Positions 10,093 through 19,838 of a stretch of DNA of 64,000 bases are shown one piece after another; positions within the stretch are counted from its first letter, which is position 1, and each line of letters opens with the position of its first letter. The DNA is from Candidatus Saccharimonadales bacterium. GTDB taxonomy: Bacteria > Patescibacteriota > Saccharimonadia > Saccharimonadales > JBBQAJ01. Below the pieces are notes generated by a model. The model was not told where the DNA came from, did no database searches, and was given only the letters and a program-made list of their open reading frames with translations. The translations under genes were made by a program, and so were the position numbers. The DNA is taken from the NCBI GenBank assembly GCA_038316195.1, contig JBBQAJ010000002.1, forward strand, positions 22,773 through 86,772, written 5' to 3'.

Positions 10093-10106
10093 ATAATGAG
10101 GACTGA

Positions 10107-10808
10107 ATGATTTTACTAGACAGAGTAACCAAAGTATATAATCGAAAGTCAACTGCGTTAGACAGAATATCATTGCATGTTGAAGCAAAAGAGTTTGTCA
10201 TTATAGTTGGAGCCAGTGGTGCAGGTAAGAGTACATTACTTAAGCTTCTAACAAGAGAAGAGCGACAAAGTAGTGGGAAAATAGTTATTGGCGGAATTGA
10301 TTACGATAAATTAAAAGACAAAAATATCCCTCTACTAAGACGTAAAATTGGTGTCGTATTTCAAGATTTTAAACTTTTACAAAACAAGAATGTCTTTGAA
10401 AACGTAGCTTTTGCATTGGAAATTGTGGGATATGGAAATAATGAAATTAATCATACGGTCCCTAGGGTCCTTGAAATTGTTGGCTTGAAGGGTAAAGAAA
10501 AGAGGATGCCAAAAGAACTTTCTGGAGGTGAGCGCCAAAGGGTAGCAATTGCGAGAGCAATTGTTAGGCAACCTAAAATTCTAATAGCAGACGAGCCTAC
10601 TGGTAATCTAGATCCTAAATATGCCTGGGACATTATCAAAATTCTAGAAAAAATAAACAAATATGGCACTACGGTACTTTTAACGACTCACAATCAAGAA
10701 ATAGTGAATAAGTTAAAGAGGAGAGTTGTTACGTTAAAAGACGGAAGGATTATTAGTGATCGTGCGAATGGAGACTATCATATAAAAGATGAGGATTCAA
10801 AGTTGTGA
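10107..10808 (+). CDS. ftsE: Cell division ATP-binding protein FtsE
   Basis: Walker A GASGAGKST, ABC signature LSGGERQR and Walker B ILIADEPTGNLD. Adjacent to ftsX. Confidence 0.93.
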   Translation: MILLDRVTKVYNRKSTALDRISLHVEAKEFVIIVGASGAGKSTLLKLLTREERQSSGKIVIGGIDYDKLKDKNIPLLRRKIGVVFQDFKLLQNKNVFENVAFALEIVGYGNNEINHTVPRVLEIVGLKGKEKRMPKELSGGERQRVAIARAIVRQPKILIADEPTGNLDPKYAWDIIKILEKINKYGTTVLLTTHNQEIVNKLKRRVVTLKDGRIISDRANGDYHIKDEDSKL

Positions 10809-10818
10809 GAATTGATCA

Positions 10819-11763
10819 ATGAAACATAAAATCATCGCTTTTTGGAGGATATTAAAGTCTGGCGCTCAAAATTTCGTAAGAAATGCTACGCTTGCAATTG
10901 CTGCAATTGCTGTAATGGTTATTACTCTCTCGATTATACTTCTGTCTGTCATAGCAAATGCAACTTTTGGCAATACGATACAACAAATAACAGATAGAAT
11001 AGATATTTCAGTTTATTTGAAAGATAGTGTAACGGCAGAACAGAATGCAAAATTACTTAAGGATCTTAAGCAAATAAAAAATGTTAAGGATGTGAATTAC
11101 TTATCAAAAGCAGATGTCTTAGAAATATACAAAAAACAAAACCAAAATAATTTAGATCTTTTATTGGCTATTTCACAAACTGACAACCCATTGCCTGCAA
11201 CAATAAAAATTAAACCGGTAGATCCCTTAAAAATTCCAGAAATACAAGAGTATCTGGAGCGACCCGAAACAGTCGCACTTCAGTCAGACAAAACTAGTTA
11301 TTCTGGTGATAGAAAAGCTGCTTTAGAAAAGATTACAAAAGCTGCTGATTTTATGAGAAAAGCTGGATTAGCCGGGGTGATTATGTTTGCCCTTGTATCT
11401 ATGTTAATAATCTTTAACACTATAAGAATGGCAATATTCAACCGTCGTGACGAGTTGCAAATAATGCGACTTTTGGGTGCTACTACATCATATATACGAG
11501 GACCTTTTGTTGTGGAGACAGTTATGTATGGTGTAGTGTCTGCAATTATATCTGTTGCATTTTGCAATATGTTGTTTGTGCTATCTTCGTCAGCTTTTGA
11601 CGCAACAAATCTTGGTGTTTTAGATATAAAATTTGCAAATCAATATTTTGCTAGAAACTTCTGGATAATCCTTGCGGCTCAGCTGGGGATTGGTATACTT
11701 ATTGGAGCGGCGTCTTCAGTAATTGCCACGCAACGCTACCTCAAATTTAAAACAAGCAAATAA
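10819..11763 (+). CDS. ftsX: Cell division permease-like protein FtsX
   Basis: One TM helix, a large extracytoplasmic loop and three C-terminal TM helices. Sits immediately after ftsE. Confidence 0.9.
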   Translation: MKHKIIAFWRILKSGAQNFVRNATLAIAAIAVMVITLSIILLSVIANATFGNTIQQITDRIDISVYLKDSVTAEQNAKLLKDLKQIKNVKDVNYLSKADVLEIYKKQNQNNLDLLLAISQTDNPLPATIKIKPVDPLKIPEIQEYLERPETVALQSDKTSYSGDRKAALEKITKAADFMRKAGLAGVIMFALVSMLIIFNTIRMAIFNRRDELQIMRLLGATTSYIRGPFVVETVMYGVVSAIISVAFCNMLFVLSSSAFDATNLGVLDIKFANQYFARNFWIILAAQLGIGILIGAASSVIATQRYLKFKTSK

Positions 11764-11876
11764 ATACTAAATAGTCTTTAAATATTCAATTTAAAACGAA
11801 GGGTGGGTTATTGAAATTAAAAATTGGATCAGTCCGTAAGTCTGAATTAACTTCGGCAAAGATGGTTAATTCTAGG

Positions 11877-11905
11877 TTGTATATTAGTGGTATTAGTGGT
11901 ATTAT
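11877..11905 (+). promoter_or_regulatory. Candidate promoter for the CHAP hydrolase gene; its spacer is a tandem 9-mer
   Basis: TTGTAT, a 17-nt spacer, then (TGg)TATTAT. The spacer region contains TATTAGTGG twice in tandem (about 11882-11899). Confidence 0.4.
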
Positions 11906-11930
11906 GCTAACGTTAATAATCAAACAAAAA

Positions 11931-13067
11931 ATGAAAAATGAAATTTTATTTAGTAAAAAGAGCTTCTTTACTCTGTTTTCTATATTTGTGCTTGCCGCCG
12001 GATTTGTCATAACTCCATTAGTAAGGGCTGATGTTTATAATGACCAGATTAAAAAAATTCAAGCTGATAATAGTGCAAAAAAAGTGATAGTAAATGAATT
12101 AAGAGTGCAGGCCAATTCATACCAGGGAGAGATTGATCGGTTGCAAGGTGAAGTAAACGCAATATTGCAAAAGATCTCTGAAACAGAAAATCAAAGAGAC
12201 GATCTAGAAAGACAAATTGTAGTTGCCCAAAAAGAACTTGATAGGCAAAAAGAATTATTAGGTACTAATATAAAGGCAATGTACGTTGAAGGTGACATAA
12301 GTACGCTAGAGATGCTAGCTTCTAGTAAAGACTTGAGTGAATTTCTTGACAAACAACAATATAGAACAAGTGTTCAGGATAAAATTAAAATAACACTAGA
12401 CAAAGTAACTCTATTGAAAGCCCAACTTAGAGAGCAAAAAACACAGATTGAAAAGCTTCTTATTGACCAGCAGTCAATGAGGGGACAGTTAGATGCATCC
12501 AAAGCAAAGCAAAGTGAGCTTTTGGCGTATACACAAGATCAGAAGAACCAATACACTTCACAAATTCAAGCAAACGATGCAAGCATCGCAGAACTTAGAC
12601 GTCAACAAATAATTGCTAACGCAAGATTTATTGGTGGAACGCCAGGCTCAGGTCCAGCGTGTGGTGGTGGGTACCCTGGAAGCACGCCTGGTCCATGGGG
12701 CGTTTGGGGATGTAATTATCCAATGGATTCAAGTGTAGATACTTGGGGTATGTACAATCGTGAATGTGTAAGTTATGCAGCATTTAAGGTTGCGGAGTCT
12801 GGTAGACACATGCCATATTGGGGTGGATATGGTAATGCTAATAAATGGGATGATAATGCACGCGCTTCAGGAATACCAGTAGATGGAAACCCTCAGGTAG
12901 GCGATATAGCGCAGTCAAATGCAGGATATTACGGACATGTAATGTATGTTGAGCATGTTTATGGTGATGGAACAATTTATATTAGTCAGTATAATGCTGG
13001 ATATGATGGACGATATAGCGAAAAACGAATTTCTGCTTCCGGACTAAACTTCATTCATTTTCCATAG
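11931..13067 (+). CDS. PcsB-like secreted peptidoglycan hydrolase (coiled-coil N-terminal region plus C-terminal CHAP domain)
   Basis: The likely start is ATG 11931, giving a signal peptide (MKNEILFSKKSFFTLFSIFVLAAGFVITPLVRA). A long heptad-rich region follows, then a CHAP Cys (ECVSYAAFKV) and His (GHVMYVEHV). The tracked ORF starts at TTG 11811. Confidence 0.85.
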   Translation: MKNEILFSKKSFFTLFSIFVLAAGFVITPLVRADVYNDQIKKIQADNSAKKVIVNELRVQANSYQGEIDRLQGEVNAILQKISETENQRDDLERQIVVAQKELDRQKELLGTNIKAMYVEGDISTLEMLASSKDLSEFLDKQQYRTSVQDKIKITLDKVTLLKAQLREQKTQIEKLLIDQQSMRGQLDASKAKQSELLAYTQDQKNQYTSQIQANDASIAELRRQQIIANARFIGGTPGSGPACGGGYPGSTPGPWGVWGCNYPMDSSVDTWGMYNRECVSYAAFKVAESGRHMPYWGGYGNANKWDDNARASGIPVDGNPQVGDIAQSNAGYYGHVMYVEHVYGDGTIYISQYNAGYDGRYSEKRISASGLNFIHFP

Positions 13068-13170
13068 TCAAAAGTGTATAAATTTATTATAATTCCTTAC
13101 TAAATGATCATTTCAGTTTAGTGTGGCATAATAGACAAGTCTTAAATGCAATAAAAAAGAGGGGATATTT

Positions 13171-14397
13171 GTGCAACTACCAAATTCTAAAGTAAAAAAA
13201 TCAATTCAGAAAAGTAATATTCTAAAAACACTTGGATATAGTTTGGCAGCAAGTTTAATTTTTCTTGGTGGGTTAGGTGTTGGGAACGGAACGATTATTG
13301 TAAACAGAGACCAAATACTCCGAAAAAGTATACAAAAAAATGCGCCAAAAAATCTAGACTACAGTTCTGTTGAAAAAGTTTATGACACTTTAAAAAAGGA
13401 CTTTGATGGACAATTGGATTCCGAAAAACTTTTAGACGGCATGAAGGCAGGTTTAGTGTCTGCAGCAGGAGATCCATACACTGAATTTTTAAGTAAAAAA
13501 GCTGCTAATGACTTTAATGGACAATTGAATGGTACGTTTAGTGGGATTGGTGCCGAGCTAGGTAAAGACGAACAAGGAAATATTGTTATCATAGCTCCCA
13601 TCTCTGGTTTTCCGGCTGAAAAAGCTGGCCTGAAGCCCAAAGACGTTTTGGTAGAAATAAATGGAGAGTCTGCTTTTGGGATATCCATAACCGATGCAGT
13701 TGGAAAAATTCGTGGCGAAAAAGGTTCTAAAGTGAAACTTAAAATAGTACGTGGAGGAACGCAACAAGTTGAGCTTGATATAGTGAGAGACACTATCACG
13801 ATCCCAAGTGTCGAAAGTAAGATTTTAGATGGAAACATAGGTTACATTAAGATTTCTCGATATGGTGAAGATACCTCTGGACTTGCAACCAAGGCAGCTG
13901 ATGATTTTAAAACAAAAGGTGTAAAAGGGGTAATTCTGGATGTTCGTAGTGACCCAGGAGGACTTTTGGACTCAGCTGTATCGGTAAGTAGTTTGTGGTT
14001 AAGTCCTGGTAAAACTATTCTTGAAGAGAAAAGAGATGGCTTAGTAACTAGAACATTCAAATCTCAAGGAACACCACCACTAGAAGGCATTCCAACTGTA
14101 GTATTGATTGATGAAGGTAGTGCAAGTGCCAGCGAAATTACGGCTGGTGCATTGCACGATAACGGGGCTGCAAAACTCTTTGGTGTAAAAAGCTTTGGAA
14201 AAGGTAGTGTGCAGCAATTAGAGCAGCTTGGTGATGGTAGTGTTCTAAAAGTAACGATCGCAAAATGGTTTACCCCAAACGGTGTAAATATAAATAAAGA
14301 TGGAATAAAACCAGATACTGAAGTAAAATTTGACGAAAATCAGTTTAAGAATGGCGTAGATAATCAACTTGAATCTGCCAAAATGTCTTTAAAATAA
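13171..14397 (+). CDS. ctpA: S41 carboxy-terminal processing protease with PDZ domain
   Basis: GTG start with an AGAGGGGA SD. Contains a PDZ region (PISGFPAEKAGLKPKDVLVEING) and the S41 motifs GSASASEI and GKGSVQ. Confidence 0.9.
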   Translation: MQLPNSKVKKSIQKSNILKTLGYSLAASLIFLGGLGVGNGTIIVNRDQILRKSIQKNAPKNLDYSSVEKVYDTLKKDFDGQLDSEKLLDGMKAGLVSAAGDPYTEFLSKKAANDFNGQLNGTFSGIGAELGKDEQGNIVIIAPISGFPAEKAGLKPKDVLVEINGESAFGISITDAVGKIRGEKGSKVKLKIVRGGTQQVELDIVRDTITIPSVESKILDGNIGYIKISRYGEDTSGLATKAADDFKTKGVKGVILDVRSDPGGLLDSAVSVSSLWLSPGKTILEEKRDGLVTRTFKSQGTPPLEGIPTVVLIDEGSASASEITAGALHDNGAAKLFGVKSFGKGSVQQLEQLGDGSVLKVTIAKWFTPNGVNINKDGIKPDTEVKFDENQFKNGVDNQLESAKMSLK

Positions 14398-14509
14398 CCC
14401 GATCTACATAGATAAAGTAAATTGTAATTGGTTTTTTTAAAAGTTTCACTTTACTGTCCGGGGTCTAATCTGTTAGTATCATCAAGTGTAATTGAAGGGG
14501 AAGCGAGTC

Positions 14510-16114
14510 GTGGCAAAGCGTCAGACTAAATTTATATTTGTTACAGGTGGTGTACTTTCCGGACTTGGAAAAGGAATAACAGCCGCTTCGATAGGCAATC
14601 TCTTAAAAGCTCGTGGATTTAAAGTAAATTTGCAAAAATGTGACCCATATCTAAATGTAGATGCTGGATTGTTAAATCCACGTGAACATGGAGAATGTTT
14701 TGTTACTCATGATGGGGCTGAAACTGATTTGGATTTGGGACACTATGAACGATTTGTTGACGAAGAAATGTCAAGTACGAGTAGTTTGATGAGTGGGCGA
14801 GTGCTTTTGAAGTTAATTCAAGATGAAAGAGCAGGAAAATTTGAAGGTGACGATGTACAAATTATTCCTCATCTAACTGGAGCTATTCAGGATTGGATAA
14901 TCAATGCAGGAGCAGATTATGATGTGCACATAGTTGAGATTGGTGGAACTGTAGGAGACTTTGAGTCAGTTTCATTTATTGAAGCTATCAGGGAGTTAGG
15001 GGTAAAGGTCGGTTTAGACAACTGTGCTTATGTGCATGTTGTATATTTGCCATATTTAGAAGCTAGCAACGAACTTAAAACAAAGCCAGCTCAAAATTCA
15101 GTCAGGGAATTAAGAGGTTTGGGTATTTCTCCGAATGTTTTAGTTGCGAGGAGTCAGTTTGCGGCGAATAGCTCAGTAATTGAAAAATTGAGTTTATTCA
15201 GTGGCGTGCCTTACGATTCTATAGTTTCACTGCCAAATGCAAAAAGCATTTACGAAGTTCCACTTACACTTGAAGATGCTGGAATAGCAGACGTATTAGT
15301 CGCAAACCTAAATCTAAAAGCAAAGAAACCTGATCTTAAAAAATGGCGATCAGTTGTTGAAAAGGCTACTACAAACCACAAAAGAACTATCAAAATTGGC
15401 TTTGTTGCGAAATATATGGATAATACCGACACCTACATGTCAGTGTTTGAGGCGCTTAAGTCGGCCGCATGGAATAATGGTGTAAAGATAGATATTAACT
15501 GGATAGATGCATCCGATTATGATCAAAAAAATAAAGATATTGTTCCTGTGTTGAAAAAATTCGAAGGCATAGTTGTGCCCGGAGGTTTTGGGAAAAGAGG
15601 ACTAGAAGGCAAAATAAAAGCTGCTCAATATGCTTTACAATCAAAAATTCCTTACCTTGGTCTATGCTTAGGTCTGCAAATGGGAGTAATTGCTGCAGCT
15701 AGAAATGCTGGAGTTGAAGACGCTACAAGTTTCGAGTTAAATCCTGATAGTAAAAATGTCTTGATAAGCACAATGATAGACCAAAAAGATAAACTTAACA
15801 CTGGCGGAACTATGCGACTTGGTGATTATGATTGTGAACTTAAAAAAGGAAGTATCGCAGCAAATATATACGGTACTACTAAGATTGTCGAAAGACATCG
15901 ACACAGAGGCGAGTGCAATAATGACTATCGTGATAAATATGAATCTTGGGGTATACGTGCAACTGGTGTAAACCCAGAAAATAATTTGGTAGAAATAATT
16001 GAAGGGATTGATCATCCATTCATGTTAGCTTGTCAGTTCCATCCAGAATTTAAGTCCCGTCCGAACAGACCACATCCATTGTTTGACGGATTTGTAAGAG
16101 CATTGATTGGTTAG
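14510..16114 (+). CDS. pyrG: CTP synthase
   Basis: FIFVTGGVLSGLGKG plus a glutamine amidotransferase domain (GLCLGLQ, HPEF). GTG 14510 sits after an AAGGGGA SD and is preferred over the tracked TTG 14492. Confidence 0.95.
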   Translation: MAKRQTKFIFVTGGVLSGLGKGITAASIGNLLKARGFKVNLQKCDPYLNVDAGLLNPREHGECFVTHDGAETDLDLGHYERFVDEEMSSTSSLMSGRVLLKLIQDERAGKFEGDDVQIIPHLTGAIQDWIINAGADYDVHIVEIGGTVGDFESVSFIEAIRELGVKVGLDNCAYVHVVYLPYLEASNELKTKPAQNSVRELRGLGISPNVLVARSQFAANSSVIEKLSLFSGVPYDSIVSLPNAKSIYEVPLTLEDAGIADVLVANLNLKAKKPDLKKWRSVVEKATTNHKRTIKIGFVAKYMDNTDTYMSVFEALKSAAWNNGVKIDINWIDASDYDQKNKDIVPVLKKFEGIVVPGGFGKRGLEGKIKAAQYALQSKIPYLGLCLGLQMGVIAAARNAGVEDATSFELNPDSKNVLISTMIDQKDKLNTGGTMRLGDYDCELKKGSIAANIYGTTKIVERHRHRGECNNDYRDKYESWGIRATGVNPENNLVEIIEGIDHPFMLACQFHPEFKSRPNRPHPLFDGFVRALIG

Positions 16115-16166
16115 TCATAATCTTTTGCCATTGATAAATAAACTTTGGTGATGTAACATTAGCTTC

Positions 16167-16673
16167 ATGGACGAACAACAAATGAATCAACCCGTAACTG
16201 AACCAGTCTTAGACAATACTTCAGTTCCCGGTCCGGATTCGCCTGCACTACCTACACCACCAGCACAGACAGTTGAATCTACACCAGTTGCACCTGTAAC
16301 GCACGCGAAAAAAATTCTTTTGGTGGAGGATGATGATGCGCTCGCAAGCGTATACCAAACTCGCTTACAAGCTGAAGGTTTTGATTTGCGTCGGGTTCCA
16401 AATGGCGAAGAAGCTTTAGCTGCCGCCCTTGAGTATAAACCTGACCTTATTCTGCTTGATGTAATGATGCCTAAAGTTAGTGGTTTTGATGTGCTAGATA
16501 TTTTACGAAACACTCCTGAAACATTAAATGTAAAAGTTATTATGCTAACAGCACTTAGCCAGGATAGTGACAAAGAACGAGCGATGTCACTTGGTGTGGA
16601 TGATTACTTAGTAAAATCACAAGTTGTAATAGCTGACGTAGTAGATAAAATCAAAACTCATTTAGGAGTTTAG
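16167..16673 (+). CDS. Receiver-only response regulator with a Pro-rich N-terminal extension and no output domain
   Basis: REC motifs are present: LLVEDDD, DLILLDVMMP, IMLTAL, YLVKS. The first ~47 aa are P/T/V-rich. By eye, roughly 60% identical to the REC domain of the 58718-59977 protein. Confidence 0.88.
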   Translation: MDEQQMNQPVTEPVLDNTSVPGPDSPALPTPPAQTVESTPVAPVTHAKKILLVEDDDALASVYQTRLQAEGFDLRRVPNGEEALAAALEYKPDLILLDVMMPKVSGFDVLDILRNTPETLNVKVIMLTALSQDSDKERAMSLGVDDYLVKSQVVIADVVDKIKTHLGV

Positions 16674-16699
16674 GTTCTAGTTCGCGCATAAAAAGTAGA

Positions 16700-16778
16700 T
16701 ATCTGTTAAGCACTATTTTGAATCTGTAAAATGTAATTGACTAATTAACCCGTTTATGCTATTATTGTATCTGTTAAG
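16700..16778 (+). promoter_or_regulatory. Promoter plus triple direct repeat upstream of the unknown two-gene operon
   Basis: TTGACT (16737-16742), a 17-nt spacer ending in TGc, then TATTAT (16760-16765). TATCTGTTAAG occurs at 16700-16710 and 16768-16778, and ATCTGTAAA at 16722-16730. Confidence 0.55.
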
Positions 16779-16795
16779 TAATAGAAAAATACAAA

Positions 16796-18109
16796 ATGAT
16801 TACTGCATTAGCACAGCCATCACATTTAGAACAGAACCGAAGCCTAGAATCCCAATTTGATCAGGATTATATAAATGCGCATGCAGACCGGTATTATGCA
16901 CCATCTGTAGTGATTCCCGGCGTTGCCAAAGAAATTGGAGCTGAATTTAATTATGTATTGTCTACTACTTTGACGGGGGATGGGTTGCCTGGTGATGATA
17001 ATATTGCAGGTCTTGGACGTGCAAGCAGAGAAGTGGGCAACGTAATTAATGGAAATCAAGAGCCCTATCAGCTTTTTGATCAATCTAGTGTTCGAGTAGT
17101 AGAAAGCACTCTTGTTGATCCAGAAGACCAACAAGAGTATACAGAAATAAATTATTTGCCTCCCGAGGAAGAAAAACTAAAAGCTTTAGTAAACAGTAGG
17201 AGCATTACCGGAACTGGAAAACTATTCGCGAGACTCATTTTAGATGCGTCGTACCCTTACAAATCTCAGCCCGATGATGGTTATGTAGATTTAGAATCTA
17301 GAGACCCTGCAAGTGCGAAACTATATTCTGGTAGATACGACTCTTTGGGTGAGGCTGTTGCTAAACTGTGTTCAAATACAGAGTCTCATTTTGTAAATGA
17401 TATACCACAGTTAACTAGAGAGATAGTAATTAACGGTGAATTAGTAGCTGTACAGAAACACTCCGGTGATCATACCGCAATGCTAGTTGTGCCTGCCGTG
17501 TTAAATGGAGTGAGATTGCCCCCTGGAGCAGTATTAATTCCAGAAGGAAATGTAGGCAGTGGTTATAAATTTGGATTTGGTAGATTAAGCATGTTTAACG
17601 CTCAAGACGGTGCCGAAGCAGAACGTGAATTCCCAACTATCGCTCATAGAGACATTTCAAATGTTCTTAATGGCTCACGACAACTTACAACTAGTATGAA
17701 TCGATTTAAGAAGCTCAGTGGAGAGGACGGCCATAACCCTGAAGATTTAATTTTTGAATACATGCAGGCAGGTAAACAAGGTAAGGATTTGATGCGTTGG
17801 GAAGATGCTGTTAGCACAATTAATTCTGAATTAAGTAGTAAATTGGAAGAAACAGAAAATGCTCACGTAGTTAAGTTACTAGGAGCGCTCCGACAAAAAG
17901 CGTCGGATGCTGCTCAAACTGCACTTGAAGATAGAGCAACGACTTTAGAGGAAGGATATGATGCTGATCCAAAAGCCAGGGCTCATGAAATTCAAAAAGT
18001 ACGTCAGGCAAGACTGCGACTTCATAAAATGTTTGGTGCTGAAAAAGTGGTGGAAGTTGAAAGGCTGCTTTTTCTAAAAGCATATATGGAAGAATTGGTG
18101 GCAGTATGA
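16796..18109 (+). CDS. Hypothetical protein, 437 aa, cytoplasmic and acidic; no recognisable domain
   Basis: Long clean ORF with no TM helix or signal peptide. The C-terminal ~100 aa are helical and charged. Overlaps the next gene by ATGA. Confidence 0.75.
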   Translation: MITALAQPSHLEQNRSLESQFDQDYINAHADRYYAPSVVIPGVAKEIGAEFNYVLSTTLTGDGLPGDDNIAGLGRASREVGNVINGNQEPYQLFDQSSVRVVESTLVDPEDQQEYTEINYLPPEEEKLKALVNSRSITGTGKLFARLILDASYPYKSQPDDGYVDLESRDPASAKLYSGRYDSLGEAVAKLCSNTESHFVNDIPQLTREIVINGELVAVQKHSGDHTAMLVVPAVLNGVRLPPGAVLIPEGNVGSGYKFGFGRLSMFNAQDGAEAEREFPTIAHRDISNVLNGSRQLTTSMNRFKKLSGEDGHNPEDLIFEYMQAGKQGKDLMRWEDAVSTINSELSSKLEETENAHVVKLLGALRQKASDAAQTALEDRATTLEEGYDADPKARAHEIQKVRQARLRLHKMFGAEKVVEVERLLFLKAYMEELVAV

Positions 18110-19824
18110 ATAATTTTGAGAACACAATCACACAAAATGCCCAGTGTCAGCCGTTGAATCTTAGCGAAAGATGGGTAGCTAACGGCGACTTGCAACGAGT
18201 AAAAATGGTTGAAAGTGGTGGCAATGGAGTTGAATCGGATTTGTCACTTGAGGATATAGAGCCGATTCAATTAGGTGTGGAAATGACGGTGGAGGGAGGC
18301 ATAAGTAATCTTATTACTGTAATTGAAGTAGGTGATGACATTATGTTAGGTATCTTGGATAAAAAACCTCAAGAGGGCTTCGGTGAAGACTTTGAGAATG
18401 ATAGTGAAAGATTTATATTGGCAGATGTACAAGTAGCTCCAGACCTACACAGAAATCCAGTTTTCAAGATAGCAACAAAGCATGATGGCGAGCACCTAAA
18501 AGCCGAATTTATCAATGAACCAGACACAACAACAATTTTAGGTCATAACAGAAGATCACGTGTTATTGATAAGCTTGATATAGAAGTACATGATCCAAAT
18601 ATGGCTAAGGATCAATTAAGGTTTCGATTTGTGGCGGGTGGATTTTTGCACATTGAGGCCGCAGGTAATGGATCCGATGTATCAATTCTAGCTCGGCCTA
18701 AGTCTGACCCTGATAGAACGCTTAGTCCTAAAGAAATCTTGGACTTGCAGGGTATGTCTGGTACAAAAAATGCAAGTAATGGTACAAGTGTAATCGATTC
18801 AAAATTAGAAACTGAAATCGGGAAAAATGAAAATGGCAGTGAAAAAATTGAACCACTAGATGAATTTAATTTAGGCAATAGCAGAGCAGTATATTTAGGT
18901 AGAGTAGAGCTAAATATAAATAATGGAGGTTATGTATTTGAGACTACAGACGAAGAGGGTGCTAACCGTCGGTTTTTTGTATACAAATCTAATTCAGATG
19001 GTGGCTGGCGCGTATCTCAGGGAATTGAGCAGTACCAGAAAGATGGCAAAACAAGAATTAGATATTTGAAAGGTCCAGAAAACAAATTTAGTAGCCAATA
19101 TACGCAAGATACAAAACTTACGCCTGTGTTTGAAGAAATTGTTAATAAATTACAAACTCAAGGTGATGGTGGCAACTCCGCATTAATACGATCGGCTGTT
19201 GAGGTCCCTGACCAGGATATTGATGCGGCACTTGATGATTTTGAAGATGGGGTAAATACGTTCAATCTCTTACAGTCTGATGCCGCGCTTGAAACAATTT
19301 CACTTTTGCGTGCCGGAAATCTAATCACAGAACACCTGCGTGGAGTATTTAATTTGCCTGAATCTGCTACGGATGCTGAAGTCGAAAGTATACTTTTGGA
19401 ACAGGTTAATGTAGTTAACAATGATTTATTAAATAGTAACATTATTCCAGACCTCTCAACACCAGTTCATATTTCAAATGATGAGCATCCACAATTAGGC
19501 AAAGTTATAAGAGAATTCTTTATAAAAAAAATAGGCAAACATGAGCAACAATGGGTTTTTGCACATGACGATTCGGGCCGCGTATGGATAGACAGAATTA
19601 GGTATGTGGATAGTAAAGTTACACCATATGGAACGGACGCCGAAATGTTAGACTCTGGATTTTTAACTTCCAAGCCTTTGGATTATTCGGATCAAGTAAC
19701 AGCAGTCCCTGAGAGTCTAAGAAATCCATTTGGCTCAACAGGATATACGGATATTTCACGTTTTCTCGATTTGTTTGAACCAATAATAAGATATCGCAAA
19801 CAGCGTGGTGTGATACGTATATAA
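18106..19824 (+). CDS. Hypothetical protein, 572 aa, cytoplasmic and acidic; no confidently recognisable domain
   Basis: Long clean ORF, translationally coupled to the upstream ORF. One segment (ILGHNRRSRV...LRFRF...IEAAGNGSDVSI) only loosely recalls FHA-domain spacing. Confidence 0.75.
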   Translation: MNNFENTITQNAQCQPLNLSERWVANGDLQRVKMVESGGNGVESDLSLEDIEPIQLGVEMTVEGGISNLITVIEVGDDIMLGILDKKPQEGFGEDFENDSERFILADVQVAPDLHRNPVFKIATKHDGEHLKAEFINEPDTTTILGHNRRSRVIDKLDIEVHDPNMAKDQLRFRFVAGGFLHIEAAGNGSDVSILARPKSDPDRTLSPKEILDLQGMSGTKNASNGTSVIDSKLETEIGKNENGSEKIEPLDEFNLGNSRAVYLGRVELNINNGGYVFETTDEEGANRRFFVYKSNSDGGWRVSQGIEQYQKDGKTRIRYLKGPENKFSSQYTQDTKLTPVFEEIVNKLQTQGDGGNSALIRSAVEVPDQDIDAALDDFEDGVNTFNLLQSDAALETISLLRAGNLITEHLRGVFNLPESATDAEVESILLEQVNVVNNDLLNSNIIPDLSTPVHISNDEHPQLGKVIREFFIKKIGKHEQQWVFAHDDSGRVWIDRIRYVDSKVTPYGTDAEMLDSGFLTSKPLDYSDQVTAVPESLRNPFGSTGYTDISRFLDLFEPIIRYRKQRGVIRI

Positions 19825-19838
19825 ATGAAAAAAGTGGT

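Noticed and set aside
10092-10097. TATAAT 9 nt upstream of ftsE, as another leaderless promoter
   Set aside because: This is ambiguous. The intervening GAGGA (10098-10102) is a plausible SD for a read-through transcript from upstream, and the box sits in the U-tract of the preceding terminator. It is therefore not counted among the leaderless examples.
11764-11930. A riboswitch (for example ydaO/c-di-AMP type) upstream of the CHAP hydrolase gene
   Set aside because: Such riboswitches often precede cell-wall hydrolase genes. This 165-nt leader is AT-rich and lacks the conserved GC-rich helices and ACGGGG/CCGA-type motifs. A plain promoter with a tandem 9-mer explains it.
16167-19824. Possible horizontally acquired island, judged by GC content, around the unknown operon
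   Set aside because: Spot counts of individual 60-nt lines gave about 37% GC, similar to the rest of the window. I could not compute composition or codon statistics, so no HGT claim is made.
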